A stretch of DNA of 64,000 bases from Octopus vulgaris (lineage: Eukaryota). Position 1 is the stretch's first letter; each line of letters starts with the position of its first letter. Position numbers and translations under genes: made by a program. Positions 1 through 13,469 of the stretch are shown here, piece after piece. The stretch spans positions 162,874,001 to 162,938,000 of the forward strand of contig OX597814.1 in the NCBI GenBank assembly GCA_951406725.2, read 5' to 3'. The notes under the pieces are model-generated. The model saw only the letters and a program-made list of their open reading frames with translations. It was not told where the DNA came from and made no database searches.

Positions 1-598
1 GAGTACCAGTTGCGCACTGGGGATGATGTAATCAACTTATCTACTCCTTCGAACTTGCTGCCCTTATACCGAAATTTAAAATTAATATTGTATCGTATCT
101 TAAAAGCGGCCGCGATGGTGGCAGTGGTGCCGGCGGTGGCGACGGTGGTGGTTGTGGTACTAGTGTCTATAGTTGTGTTCATAGTATTGTTTGTAGTAGG
201 AATAACAGTGGTGAATTGGCAATGGTGTTAATAACAGTAGCGTTGACGGCAGGGGTGTTGTCGGTAGTGGTGTGATATTAGTGGTTGTGGCAGTAATGGT
301 GGTGATGGTGGTAGAGATGGTAGTGGCAGTTGCTAGATTAGACAGCTAGGTGTTGGTTTAGAGGAGCTGACAGTGTCTTATTTTACTGGTGTTGATGTGC
401 TACGGTGTGCAGAAACTGTTTACCTGTCTTTAAGGCAGAAACATTTTTTTTGTCGTTGTTTTAATTCAGATCTTCGAAATAATAGAGAATTTTTAGTTTT
501 GATTTAATGTAAACAAATAATTCTTGTTAGTTTAATTATTAAAATACAAAGAAACAAACTACAATTATTAATTATTATTATTTTTTTTATTATTATTA

Positions 599-657
<59 letters not shown>

Positions 658-739
658 GTTACTGCTAATTTTTTGGTGTTGATGTTTTCAAATGTTTCTT
701 GTTTGTGTTTAGCAACTAAATGTTTGGATTTCCGCGACA

Positions 740-780
740 GTATATATATGTATCTATGTATGTGTGTATATATATATATA

Positions 781-823
<43 letters not shown>

Positions 824-854
824 ATATATATATATATATGTGTGTGTGTGTATG

Positions 855-899
<45 letters not shown>

Positions 900-1036
900 G
901 TATATATATTATATATACATATATATACATACATATATATACATATATATACATATATATATTTATATGGATAATACCATACAAAATTCTGGTGCCTTTA
1001 ACTTAAATACCATATTCATCTGAATCTAAATTTTGC

Positions 1037-1114
<78 letters not shown>

Positions 1115-1385
1115 GTATGTATGTATATATGTATACATGTATATATATATTTATATATGTGTGTGTATCTGTGTGTGTTTGTGTGTTTTTGTGTGAGTGT
1201 CTATATATGTGTACGTGTCTGTGTCTGTGTATGTGCGTGTGTGAGCGCGTACGCGTGGCTATGTATAATTACGTGCGTGTTTGTAAATGCTTATATAAAT
1301 TTGAATATTTATATAGAGACAACTAGTACTCAACTTTAATTGCGTGTGCATGTGTGTATGCGTGTGTGAGTGCGTGTGTGTGAGT
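740..1385. repeat. Compound (TA)n/(TG)n/(TATG)n microsatellite block
   Basis: Directly visible. It explains the YI/VC-rich ORFs. Confidence 0.95.
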
Positions 1386-1761
1386 GTCTTTCTCTGGGTA
1401 GACGTAAACACGATATATCAATAGAGCATTTGTCCATTATTTGAAGTTTCGTGCGGTGGAGACGTTTATCAGTTGGCGTATCAACGAATATGTGCGTGCG
1501 TGTTACATATATGCATAAATATTACATATCAAATATGCGCATGAAAATACACACACGCAGACACACGCACACACATGCTTTCATAGATACATACATTCAT
1601 ACATTCATTCATACAAGCACATATATGTATGTGAGTATATACACACACACAAACACATATATATCTCTGCGCGTATGTATGTATGTATGTATGTATTATG
1701 TCTGTGTGTATATATATATATATCCACATATATAATCTATGTATGTATGTATGCATGTATG

Positions 1762-1831
<70 letters not shown>

Positions 1832-1880
1832 GAGAGAGAAGAATACATAGACATACATACATACATATATATATATATAT

Positions 1881-1964
1881 AATTCTAACAAAAACTATCC
1901 GACGAACGGGGACGTGAAACTCAGAGTAACAGCTTTTGTTGAATTTTCTGCTGCTTTAAATAAA

Positions 1965-1966
<2 letters not shown>
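1881..1966 (+). ncRNA. Minimal type I hammerhead-like motif in a short PLE pLTR-like fragment between (TA)n tracts
   Basis: CCGACGA (1899-1905), stem II ACG/CGT, GAAA, stem III CTC/GAG, TA. A long imperfect stem I is formed by aattctaacaaaa...ttttgttgaatt. Confidence 0.6.
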
Positions 1967-2024
<58 letters not shown>

Positions 2025-2346
2025 TGTGATCATTTAGGTTTCATATGTTGAAAAGACCACTCAGCACAATTAATGTTTCCTTTGCGCCCAAAACAAATAG
2101 TTTTGTAGGACAACCCGAGTACCATGAGTCACCTGTGTCTGATGATAAGTATTCAACCACTTTGAGTATTTTAAAAACTATTGGTAACGTGGACTGACAG
2201 GTTTTCATAATTTTATTATATATGTATATATAATGTATATATGTGAGTGTGAATCAAAATGTCTATACTTATATCTGTGCCTATTCTCATTTGTGGGGGG
2301 AGGGGATATATTCAAATACGAATGAAAAGCAGCCCGAGGGATGTAA

Positions 2347-2544
2347 ATAATATCGAACACGCATACGCAAGGTATATGTTGTCAGTTGATGGGCAGGCTC
2401 CGACTGTAGGCGAAGGAGAATATATTCGCATAGATACCAGCCGAATTCCATGAGAATATATTCTCTTACGATTACAAGCGCAGCCTGCCCACGAACTGAC
2501 AAAACACATCACATGCCTTATCTTATATTTGCGTTCGATATTAT
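2347..2544. repeat. Long imperfect inverted repeat (rod-like foldback)
   Basis: ttgtcagttgatgggcaggctccgactgtaggcgaaggagaatatattcgca aligns with the reverse complement of 2451-2502. Outer arms are aatatcgaac..gca / tgcgttcgatatt and the loop is 2431-2450. Confidence 0.85.
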
Positions 2545-4495
2545 ATGTGTGTGTGTGTGTGTGCGCGCGCGCGCGCGTGTGTGTGTGTGCGTGTATGTGT
2601 GTGTGAATGTATATATAAAGAATTATATATTATATATATTATATATATATATATTTATACACCCACTTCACAGAGTATACCCAAGTCAGTTATTTAATAA
2701 TCAAAGCTGTAGAACAGCTCAATGTGTATTTGATAGTATGGTTTGTGTTTATGTGAATTAAATGAATACGAATGATGGATTTCGGAATGGTTAACATTTC
2801 TTGATATGTTAATGAACCAGTACTCTTCTAACTTCTAAGGAAGCATTCTCGGTATTAGTGTAAAGGTGAAAGCTTACTGTTTTGATAGGATGTAGAGACA
2901 TCTATGTGCTATTGTGAGTTTTGTCCCCGCACAAAAATTTTCTTATGTGTTTTTATGTACTAATAATATTGCCTTCATCTTTTTGTGTAAGGCTGAGAAA
3001 CATGCGGTTTGCAACAATGCGATTCACACGTCCAGTTCACTTTTATATTAAAAATACTTATTATTGTTTTAATCTTGAAATTATTCTGTAAAATGTATAT
3101 CTCTAAAATGTCTTCGAAGTCAAAGCCTACGTCGTATAGTGACTAACACTGGTTCTGGTTCCAATCATTCCAATCAGTATATCTAAGTAAATCTTTTATT
3201 ATTTTAGTCACTGAAAAAGAAGCTCATGCATCTGTATATCAACAAATTTGATCTATTTCTCCTCCACTCTATACATGTCGAGCCATATCAATGCATTTGT
3301 TTTTTCAGATTTATACATCTGTTCATCCATATGATGATTCGAGTGATATGAACTATATTGAAAGGTTTTGCAGCTGAATCATTGTAAGCCTTCTATCTAG
3401 CGTTAGACTTCTCTAGAACTGTGAGTATTCATTTGACAATCTCTATCTCCGTCCTATCTTTAAGGACAAATTAATGGAATTGTATATACAGCATGTGGAT
3501 GAGTTTTTCCTACACAGCTCTTCTCAAACCTCACTCGTTTCTTTCTTTATTGTTAACAATATTATTATAATGCTCGTTATCCGTTTTATCCATTTATTTT
3601 AGCTTACTCTACGAATAGGGTTTTCATGAATAATTGTTATCCGGTCCGCAAAGCGAAACGAGTTTGGCACCCCTATTTTGGGGCCTCAGATTCATACACG
3701 GTGTCACCCTATTCCTAACAGCTAGTGTAAATGGATTATTCTGGATTCTGTTTCTCTGCCATCACTACCATAATTGCAGTTGATGATTTGATGATTCTGT
3801 TATAGTTTCCATTTGTGCTGTTGAATTTCATGTGCTTGCTGCATTTGATGGCGATCTAAGGTCATTATTGTTGCCGTATATGCTGTTGTTATTGATTTTG
3901 CTGTTGTTCCTGCTGAGAGCATTGCTACTGTTGTGTTCATGCTATTATTTGGCCTGTCAGCTTTAATACTTTAAGCTGCACTGGCAAGACTCTACTCATT
4001 GTCACACATCGAAGGTTACTGAACTTTCAAACTGTAAGCAATGGAGCAGCCATCGCCAACACCTGTTAAACACCAATGCTATGATGCAGTTCTCTTTGAA
4101 GATATAAAGCTTCTGTTACTAACGCTCTGTCATTCATGCATACAGATACGAAACATTTTGTATTCCACCGCTTTATCTTAGCACTTGTTGTATCAATGGT
4201 TTCTTTGATTAATTGGCACCAAGCCACAGATTTGTAAGGGTGACGTATGCTTAACTCGAACCTTATTTTATCGATTTAACGGAATTTAAACTCATAATGT
4301 ATAGCAAGGTATCTAAGTACCGTAAGGTATTTCCTCTATTACTCGACGGGTTTTGCCATTCCAACGACGCTAAAAAAAAACGGTATCATTATCATCATTG
4401 TCAACCACCACCACCACAACTACGATGACAAGAACAACAACAACAACAACAACAGTAACAACAATAACAGCAGTAAAAACAATAACAACAGTAGT

Positions 4496-4529
<34 letters not shown>

Positions 4530-5595
4530 GCAACAAAACTGATGACGCAGATAAAAGCAACATCAAAATAATGACAACTGTTTCCGACATATGCATTAGG
4601 CCAGGAATTTTGTGCAAATATAAAGAGCTCAAACGAAACACACCAAAAATAACAACTACTGTTGTAGCAGTAACAACAACAGCAGCAACAATAATACTAG
4701 TAATAGTTTCTTTCTTTTTGTTTTTTGTATTTTTAACTAATAATGACTTCATTTATTTACTACAGGAGCGTCGAATATAATCACCCACACTGTATGTAAG
4801 AAAGGTATGATATATACGACATATATAGAGTTATTACACAAAAATCAAATAAAAGGACACTGAGATAAAGCAAGTGTATATAGCATACACCAAAAAGTGA
4901 TGATGATTCGGTTGCCCTATTAAAAGATGGCTTCCAATTCGAGTCAATAAAAGAACTCCACAGATCAAGAATCACACTGACCGCCAAGGGTATATTTCAA
5001 TCTCGTTCTAACTTTTACCATTTTCACCACTGACACAGCCATTCTTTTAACAAATTTACTAGGCGATAGCTGTTCCTCAACCTTCTTTTCTAAGTGGAAT
5101 CTGAAAAACGTCGACGACAGTCTCATCAAATGAAGAAGTCTCTGTATTCAGTCTTCTCAGCCTTACGTCAAGACCCCCTTCGGTCATGAATGACCATGAT
5201 ATTGTACCTAGATTGTCTACTCTAAGGAGCAAGACTACAACAAAGGCTCCTCTAAAACTTCATTATTTTACTTCTTTCATAAGGACCCATGTGGAAATGG
5301 CATTTAACTTTATTTTGTATGTGTCTGTGTCTGTGTCTGATTGTATAGGGTGCCTATCTACTGGTAGTTTAGGGAATTAAAACATTCCTCTTACATGAAG
5401 ATATCATTTACAACTTCTTCTGTTGTATAACATTAGTGACGTCGATGAGACGGTGCTGGGTTCGTGTGTTTGATTGATTGTTTTGTTGTTCCTGTATTTC
5501 TTCATGTTTTTTCCCTTTCGCAGTCAAGGTTATATTTGTAGACTCTTTTGCGCTCCATTTTCGTTTGTGTTTTGTGTGTGTGTGTCTGTGTGCAT

Positions 5596-5678
<83 letters not shown>

Positions 5679-5926
5679 GCGGCATCGCTATTTGCTTTCT
5701 TTCTCATTGTACATCTGATACACGTTTGCTACGATTTGATCTGATTCTCTTCCTTGTCAGTTAATGAGAAAGGAAAGTGTGAGAATGAAAGCTGGTTGTG
5801 TATGTGATTGTGTAATTCGTGTTGGTGGTGGTTTTGTTGGAAGAGATACTCGAGAAAGACTTCCTGTTTGGAAGGTGGTGACAGTATATTCTCTCCTTGC
5901 ATTGAGAGTGCTTTGAGGGATTTAAT

Positions 5927-6187
5927 AATAATAAATAAATGCGCCCTTTTAAATTCTAGCCAGGCTCATGGGCCCGGTTTCCCGGTTTCCGTGTAGTATG
6001 TGTTCCCCAGCTGGATGGGGCGCCAATCCATCGCAGCGTTACTCATTTTTGCCTGCTGAGTTGACTGGAGCAACGTGAAATGAAGTGTTTTGCTCAAGAA
6101 CACAACGCGTCGCCCGGTCCAGGAATCGAAACCACAATCTTACGATCATGATGCTGACACCCTAACCACTAAGCCACGCGCCTCCAC
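5927..6187 (-). mobile_element. SINE family B (tRNA head, V-domain-like core GCGATGGA.TGGCG.CCC.TCCAG)
   Basis: The minus strand starts gtggaggcgcgtggcttagtggttagg (A box) and has gtttcgattcc (B box). The 16-bp TSD ctttgagggatttaat lies at 5911-5926 and 6187-6202. Confidence 0.85.
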
Positions 6188-6202
6188 TTTGAGGGATTTA
6201 AT

Positions 6203-6480
6203 CCACTAGTACTGTTCCTGCTTCTAATGCTAGTGCTGCAGATTTTAGTCACTTTTACTTTGGTTACTGGTGCTCTGCCGGAACCGAAGTCGAGAAGATG
6301 ACTCTGATCTGGCGTTGCGTAGTTCACTTCCTTGTGTCCTTGCAATCCTGTTTCTGTTCGTAGGGGCTGGCACCTCTGTTGATGCAGCTTCGCCATGTAG
6401 GGCGGTCTTGTGCTAGCGTTTCCCAGCAGCTGAGTTTGATCTCAAAGCACTTCAGTGAGATTTTGATCTTCAAGCCTTCT
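6203..6480 (-). pseudogene. Degraded RTE-clade LINE 3' end
   Basis: Homologous to 7400-7740 (WETLAQDRP motif; ...aaacgctagcacaagaccgcc on the minus strand). Confidence 0.6.
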
Positions 6481-6637
6481 ACCATGTAGATGAAGCCAGA
6501 TGTCTTTTAGAGATTAATATGAGCAGGTGGGATTCATCTATGCACCTCCAAGAATAGGCTATCCTTTTAAATATTTATTTCCTGTAGCATCATTACTATT
6601 TTCTTAATTTACTTTCCAAATACGGTAGCAAAAATAA

Positions 6638-7040
6638 ACGCAGTGTGGCTGTGTGGTAAGACGCTTGCTTCCCAGCCACATGGTTCCGAGTTCAGTCCCA
6701 CTGCGTGGTATCTTGAACCAGTGCCTTCTACTATAGCCTCGAGCTGACTAAAGCCTTGTGGGAGGATTTGGTAGATGGAAACTGAAAGAAGCCCGTCGTA
6801 TATGTATGTGTGTGTGTACGTGTGTATATATGTTTGTGTCTGTGTTTATCCAAGCACCGTCGCTTGACGACCTATGTTTGTGTGTTTATGACCCCCGTAA
6901 CTTAGCGGTTCAGCAAAAGAGCCCGATAGAATAAATACTATGCTTACAAAGAATAAGTCTAGGGGTCGATTTGTTCGACTAAAGGCGGTGTTCTAGCATG
7001 GATGCAGTCAAATGACTGAAGCAAATAAAAAATAAAAGAA
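6638..7040 (+). mobile_element. SINE family A (tRNA head, internal (TA/TG)n, tail gactgaaacaagtaaaagag)
   Basis: A box tggctgtgtggtaag and B box gttcagtccc. At least eight homologous copies occur in the window. Confidence 0.9.
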
Positions 7041-7062
7041 TTTTTCGGACGAATTTTTTTGT

Positions 7063-7134
<72 letters not shown>

Positions 7135-7394
7135 ATTCTTCATTGACTATAAGGCCACCAGCATCTCTGTTTGCTTTCCTTTTCTAAGCACTACAGGTTT
7201 TTCATAGTTTTTTTCTCATCTTGTAACGGGATATGGCAGTAAATTTTTCTGGCATTTTTAGTAATACATTTGTAAATGAAGATTCTTTGAATCGCTTACT
7301 TTGCTACTTCTGGAATTGCAAGTCATTCGGATTTCACTACGCAATGTTTACATGCATACATTTTAGCATCTACTATTAGTTCGTCAGTCGTTGT

Positions 7395-7740
7395 CGACGA
7401 TGGCCAAAGACATCACATGGGGAGAAGATAGGGCACTGTGTGTCCGGCTGTGGCTGATCAGTCCAATGAGGGCTGGGAAGTCTCTACTGATTGACGGATA
7501 CTGGTGGTCTGTTGGGATTCAAGGCGAGGAGTTGACTCTGGACTTGCGTAGTTCACGCTTTCCTTGTACCCCTCAATCTTTTTCTGTTCGTTGGGTGCAG
7601 CTTCGCCAGGCGGGGCGATCCTGCGCTAGTGTTTCCCAGGCTCCGGGGATGATATCAAAGCTCTTCAGGGAGGCTTTGAGTGTATCCTCGAAGCGCTTTT
7701 TCTGTCCACCTTGCGTGCGCTTGCTTTATGCTAGATCACT
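7395..7740 (-). pseudogene. RTE-clade LINE 3' terminal fragment
   Basis: The minus strand translates as KRTQGGQKKRFEDTLKASLKSFDI...WETLAQDRPAWRS...ARIGLISHSRTH, a typical RTE C-terminus, with stops. Confidence 0.8.
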
Positions 7741-7974
7741 TGGGGAGTCGTGTGTCGAGCATTCGAACACGCACACATACACACACACACACGCGCGCGC
7801 GCACATACACACACACATACGGAGTCAACTATGTCGCATACATGGTTTAAATTTCTCTTATGTACATGTGACAAATTCAAACCAAATATGCTGTTTAAAT
7901 GATTATGGGAATTTTTAAAAATGCATTGTAATTGTCTTTATATTCGCGCGCGCGCGTGTGTATGTTCTTTATTC

Positions 7975-8185
7975 TTTCTTTTTTCTTTTACTTGTTTCAG
8001 TCATTTAACTGCGGTCATGCTGGAGCACCGCCTTTAGTCGAGCAAATCGACCCCAGGACTTATTCTTTGTATGCCTAGTACTTGTTCTATCGGTCTCTTT
8101 TTCCGAACCGCCAAGTTACGAGGACGTAAACACACCAGCATCAGTTGTCAAGCGATACTGAGGGGACAAACACGAACACACACAG

Positions 8186-8226
<41 letters not shown>

Positions 8227-8227
8227 T

Positions 8228-8260
<33 letters not shown>

Positions 8261-8424
8261 CGACGGGCTTCTTTCAGTTTCCATCTACCAAATCCACTCA
8301 CATGGCTTTGATCAGCCCGAGGCTGTAGTAGAAGACACTCGTCCAAGGTGCCACGCAGTAGGACTGAACCCGGAACCGTGTGGTTGGTTATAAAGCTACT
8401 TACCACACAGCCACTCCCGCGCCT
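7975..8424 (-). mobile_element. SINE family A, full length
   Basis: Reverse complement of the 6638-7040 family. Confidence 0.9.
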
Positions 8425-8968
8425 CTGTGTGTGTGTGTGTACATACTAATGTATGTATGTATGTATGTATGTATGTATGTATGTATGTATGTATGTATGT
8501 ATGTATGTATATATATGTATGTATGTATGTATAGCCCAACTTAAGGACTGAAAGCTCAACCAACTTTAGAACTTGGCAGCATTGAATAGTGCCTCAGGTA
8601 CTATACTTTTTGTATAAATTACCTCACCATGCGTTTAACTTCAGACATTTGTAAAATAATGCAATAAAATGTTCTCCTGGTGAATATTCCATTAGAGTTA
8701 AGCATTCAAATGCACTTGAAACATCCACTGTAGAGTTCCCGTTAACTGCAATGGTGAAACGTGCGTAGGGACTAAATATTTATATAGGTGTTTATCTTAT
8801 TTTCGCAGAATATGCTTTCTATAGCATAATTAGTAATACCAGTAAGTAGAGTGGTAGTTTAACCACTGTACTGGAAGCCGAGAAGATTATGATAACCTAC
8901 GTGAAGCTCCAACTCAATAGTAGTTGTCGCACATATAACTGTATACACAAAATATAGTTAGACAGATA

Positions 8969-9368
8969 TCTTTATATATAAAAGTGAAGTTGTGTGTCTG
9001 TCTCCTACGATTTAGATTCCTAACTACTCCCACATTTTGCGGTGCAGTTTAACCAAAACCGGGTATCTTATAGTCGTGATTCATATCGAGCCCTTCTGGG
9101 TATTAGCGCGCGTCTACGATGAGTCTACGATTTTAAAAATAATTTACCATCATTTTTTTTCCATTTTAATGCATTTTTTCGCTATTATATAAGGAAAGTA
9201 ACTCTCTAAAAATGTCTACGATGAGTCAACGATTTAAAAAAATTTACCATAATTTCTTTTCTATTTTTAATGCATTTTTTTTTTGCTATTTTTTGGCTAT
9301 AACTCTCTAAAAATGCTTATATAGTTATTTCCCTTACAAACACGAGCAACGCCGGGCGATACTGCTAG
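8969..9368 (+). mobile_element. Non-autonomous Helitron
   Basis: A|TC start (tctttatatataaaag), 3' hairpin remnant acacgagcaacgccggg, CTAG|T end, no TSD. A second copy lies at 35968-36343. Confidence 0.85.
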
Positions 9369-10060
9369 TAGGTATATAGTTTGTGTTTCAGCGTGTGTCT
9401 TGGTAATATGTCGACAAGTTTTAAAAACTTATTTTACTGCACCCCTTTATGTCCCATGGCATAGCAGATCAACTTCTATTTCGATAAAGTACCAGATTGA
9501 GTAAATGATGGAGTCTATATGATCAACTAAAAGCCTTATAAGCGGTAGTGGCCCAGCATGGCCGCAATCCAATTACTGTAATCTCTAAGCGAATTATACT
9601 ATATTTATTGTTTATCCATTTGTTTTTACATTAATAACTTCTGAATATTGCAGTATTTAGGGTGATAGCAAGAAACACATGTTGCTAATGAATATTTCAT
9701 TTAGATATGATTTGGCATTATTTTTTTTTGTTTTTGCTTCTTCTATCAACCAAGATCTTTGACCTTATCTGAACCTCAACTAGAATTGTGTAAATGCATT
9801 TACAATGGTGTTTGATAAAAGTAGAAAAAAATTATGGCTGTGTAAACAACAGCAAACATTGTGATTGTTAACAAATATATAGTTTAATTTCCTTCGCATA
9901 ATCCATCAATTAGAATATAAAACGTTTCATTGTAACGTGACAAGCTAAATTAGGAAATTACGAAAAGAAAACCCAACAAAAAAACTAACTAAACAACTAA
10001 ACTGTGACTTGATTAGAGTCGGGGAACAGAAGGCAGAAAAGGAGAGAATGAAAGGAAGAC

Positions 10061-10095
<35 letters not shown>

Positions 10096-10254
10096 AAGAA
10101 AGAGACATGACCCTCAATTTAAAGTAGCAATAAGATGTACAGTTGTTGAAATGCATCAATGGAAAGATAGGAGATATGAACATGTATCTTCTAGTTACAT
10201 GTGTATATGTATATAAGTGTGTATATATTATATATTACATAGATCTATGTATAA

Positions 10255-10321
<67 letters not shown>

Positions 10322-11539
10322 ATATACAGAAAGAGAGAGAGAGAGAGAGAGAGAGATGAATATATTCATACACACGCAAATAAATATATTTTTTCATGGC
10401 TCTAAGTATTTTCTAGTTAGTTATTGAGCACTCTCAGTCAGACGATTTAATATCCACTTACTGCATTTCATGTGAGCCTAATTGACATCTAAATTACTCG
10501 TAGATATTTTATACTTAATATATTTCGTAGTTGAGTTCTCATGAAGCGGAATATGTTTTCGAAACCAGAAGTAAGATAATTAGAATGAAATAGCTAAAGC
10601 TGATAGGAAATACATCTGGGAACTATAATATTTCTTAGTGTGATTATTACAGTTCTGAAAAGAACTGTAATACAACGTATCTACTATAGTTAAAATAAGT
10701 GGCTAGAAAGCCACAAATTCTGAAAGTATAATCAATCAAATCGAACAAACTACATGTCTTTAGTAATGTTATCGATCCTGTAACAGTGACAGGTAAAGCC
10801 AGTTTCGTTTGGATTTGAACTCAGTTACAACTGAAGTAATTCGACCAAGGGAACAAATTCGTGAATGGTTTTACGCTATGAATCAATGCATCAAAAATGA
10901 TTTCGAATGTGTTTAGCGCTATTTTCATTGCATAAAGACAAACTGAGTGGAAGTTTCACGTTTAAAGATTTTGAAGTTATAAAAAAATGTTTTGTTGTTT
11001 GGTGAGCAGGAGAAAGTACCCATTCTAGCCATGTTACCCTTTTCTTTTAGAAGCTCTTTTACACTGACAAAATTGATGATGTTTACATTGAGGAGGTAAC
11101 AATATCTTATACAGGCCCTCCTAGATGGTGACATTAATGACAGTGATGTTGAGAAAGTGCCCTTGGTCCTCACAGACCCTCCAAGAATGGTGAGATCGAT
11201 GATGAGTGCAGGAAAAGTTGGACAGAAAGTTGAATTTCGTGGAGGACGGATTGGATAAAGTAATTAGTTTGGAGTCTAAGAGGGCGAAATACAGTAAGAG
11301 TGACAAGTGATGAGGCTACTGTGTCAAGAGGAATTGTATAGGGGTAGTTTGCAACTATTTAGCTCAGAAGATGCTGTTGCATTGGTTAAATGAGTATAGT
11401 CCGTACTGTTGGTATAGTCTATAGAATGGGCATATCCTATACATGCACTCACTCCAGGCAATGGCTATAGGCTAGTGGTTATAGTGTGTTATTGAGTCAT
11501 TATTGATCAGTCCAATTATCGTGGATGCAGTCGAAAATG

Positions 11540-11955
11540 TTGTTGTTTAGCCTTCCCAGTCAAGTAAATATATGATTTAAATCCTGTCAGAGTATGATTC
11601 CATCAGTAATCATTCTAACTTGAAAAAATAAGTGATCATCTATGTTGTCACTCGTCTATCCAGAAACAGAGTTAAATCTTTATCAAATATCACCCTACCT
11701 ACTTAAAAAAAGAACGCAGTGGTTAATGTAATCCTGAGTTCCTTGTACATATTAAAAGATCGAATAGTCATGGCTAGAATGCTTTGATCACAGGTCTGCT
11801 TGGCCAGGGCTGACCTGAAGCTAGACAATAACAATTTTTCTTCATAGTCTTATGTATCACAGGACTACATTATCCAATGTGACCTTCCACGTTTTAAAAG
11901 ATTAATATGAGACAGGTTTGGTTGCTATTTCTGAAAGGTAGATTGACCACGGCAT
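11540..11955. repeat. Dispersed repeat family (gttgtttagcc..caggtcagccctg..cagacctatgatcaaa type), two inverted degenerate segments
   Basis: Similar segments recur near 34150, 34750, 41590, 46510 and 52730. The class is undetermined. Confidence 0.45.
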
Positions 11956-12689
11956 TTTATGTGCGTGGCTGTAGCACCATACTGGATGCACGAAGAGTAT
12001 TTCTTTGTGAGTCATACATGAACTTTGTCGCGGTTTAATAGTTAATCATGCATTTTTAATTACACTCAGTTCAAATTTTCATTTAAAATTATGTGTTAGC
12101 TCAGCTGATTTAAAGCAATTTAGTTATAACCAAAACCAAAACCATTGTATGCTCCTTACAATTGAACAGAAATATAACCACAATTAACAATTTGTAATTT
12201 AGTAATTGGTGAGGTTTACTTTGGTAGTTTCTCTTAAGTGACAACCCATGACAGAGATTAAGAACTACATTTACTTTGTAAATACACAGCTGCATTTAAG
12301 AGATTGGAAGAGACATCAAGTTGTTGATTATGGTTTGCGTTTACATGCTGATAACATATTTAATCAATAAAATTTAATCAATAAAACACGAAATTTAATC
12401 AATAAACACTTCTTCAAAACACCTCTCTATCACAACCCATCCTACAACCTAATTACCATTCCACGCAAATCCACATACAAAAGAAAGATTTTGATTCAAA
12501 AGAGACTGTATGATGCCGAGATTAATTTCATTGCATTGCAGTCCGACGATGGTTTAGCTGGCCGAAACTTCTAAGCCACTGACAATAATATTTTTGTTTA
12601 AGAATGATAAATTTGTATTCTATGAAAGTATAGAGTAACCCATCAGATTAGTGTGGAATTGTTTTTATTATAACTAAACATAAAAACAT

Positions 12690-13465
12690 GCTCCACCGTC
12701 TATCTTCCGTTGCAGAGCAGATAAGAGGGGTCCTCAGAATTCCCCCATTTAACCAGGTTGGCATTTGAGGGCAGGAGGTCATACATTGATCTGAGAATGA
12801 AGCTGATCCTGAGTGGAGCCATGTGCCACAGGTCGTTCCAGTTCAGGCCTCTTTTGGAGAGCACTTTCCCATGTTATTCATTGTCCTTGCTGACTTTGTT
12901 GCACTGCCTTCCTTTGTCCTCCTCTTCCCTGATCTCTCGGATCACCAAGTCTCTCTTTGCTTTTCCTTTGGTCTTGGACCACCATTCTATTTTAGAGGAC
13001 CCTAGGTCTTGTCTGTTGGTTTGAATGTGCCCAATGATCTCTCTCGTCCTTAGGCTCTCCTTAGCTACCTCTACAGCTTCCTTCACTTTCCACTTCCTGC
13101 GTGTTTTCAGCTCGGGTTGGAAAGATCTCGCGATCAGGTCTGTTGAATCTTCAAGCATGCTGAGGAGTCTGGCTTTCCTTGCCTTATACTCTTCCAGGAT
13201 TGACGTCAAAGGAAGCTTCAGCTTTGCCTGGCGACAGTAGAGTGTGATGTCTGTGAGACTGGCTGTGACACCAAGCCATTTCCTTGTATGCTTGTTAATT
13301 TTTTTTGCTTCCATGGTTTCCACTGTGCTCGAGAAATTGTCGTATTGTTTGCTTAAGATTTTGTCGACTACATAGTATAGCAGGGTCAGTTGGGCACCGT
13401 CTGTGGGAAAAACAGCACCATGACGCAATTCATTCTACCAGAAATTTGGAAATGATATGCTGTAC
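12690..13465 (-). pseudogene. Hero/NeSL-like (R2 superfamily) non-LTR retrotransposon, post-RT region
   Basis: ORF 12874-13428 reads RKWLGVTASLTDITLYC..KLKLPLTSILEEYK..K.RL..MLEDS.D....P.LKTRRKW..QT.RQDLG. The next frame reads WNDLWHMAPLRISFILRSMYDLLPSNANLVKWG. Confidence 0.75.
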
Positions 13466-13469
13466 TACT

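Noticed and set aside
2128-2170. CTGATGA hammerhead candidate (also 22181 and 57146)
   Set aside because: No properly placed GAAA and stems.
6638-6710. tRNA genes at SINE heads
   Set aside because: A and B boxes are present but run into SINE bodies, with no intact cloverleaf.
10925-11530. Possible APE-endonuclease LINE remnant on the minus strand
   Set aside because: Only vague motif echoes; I cannot support it without a search.
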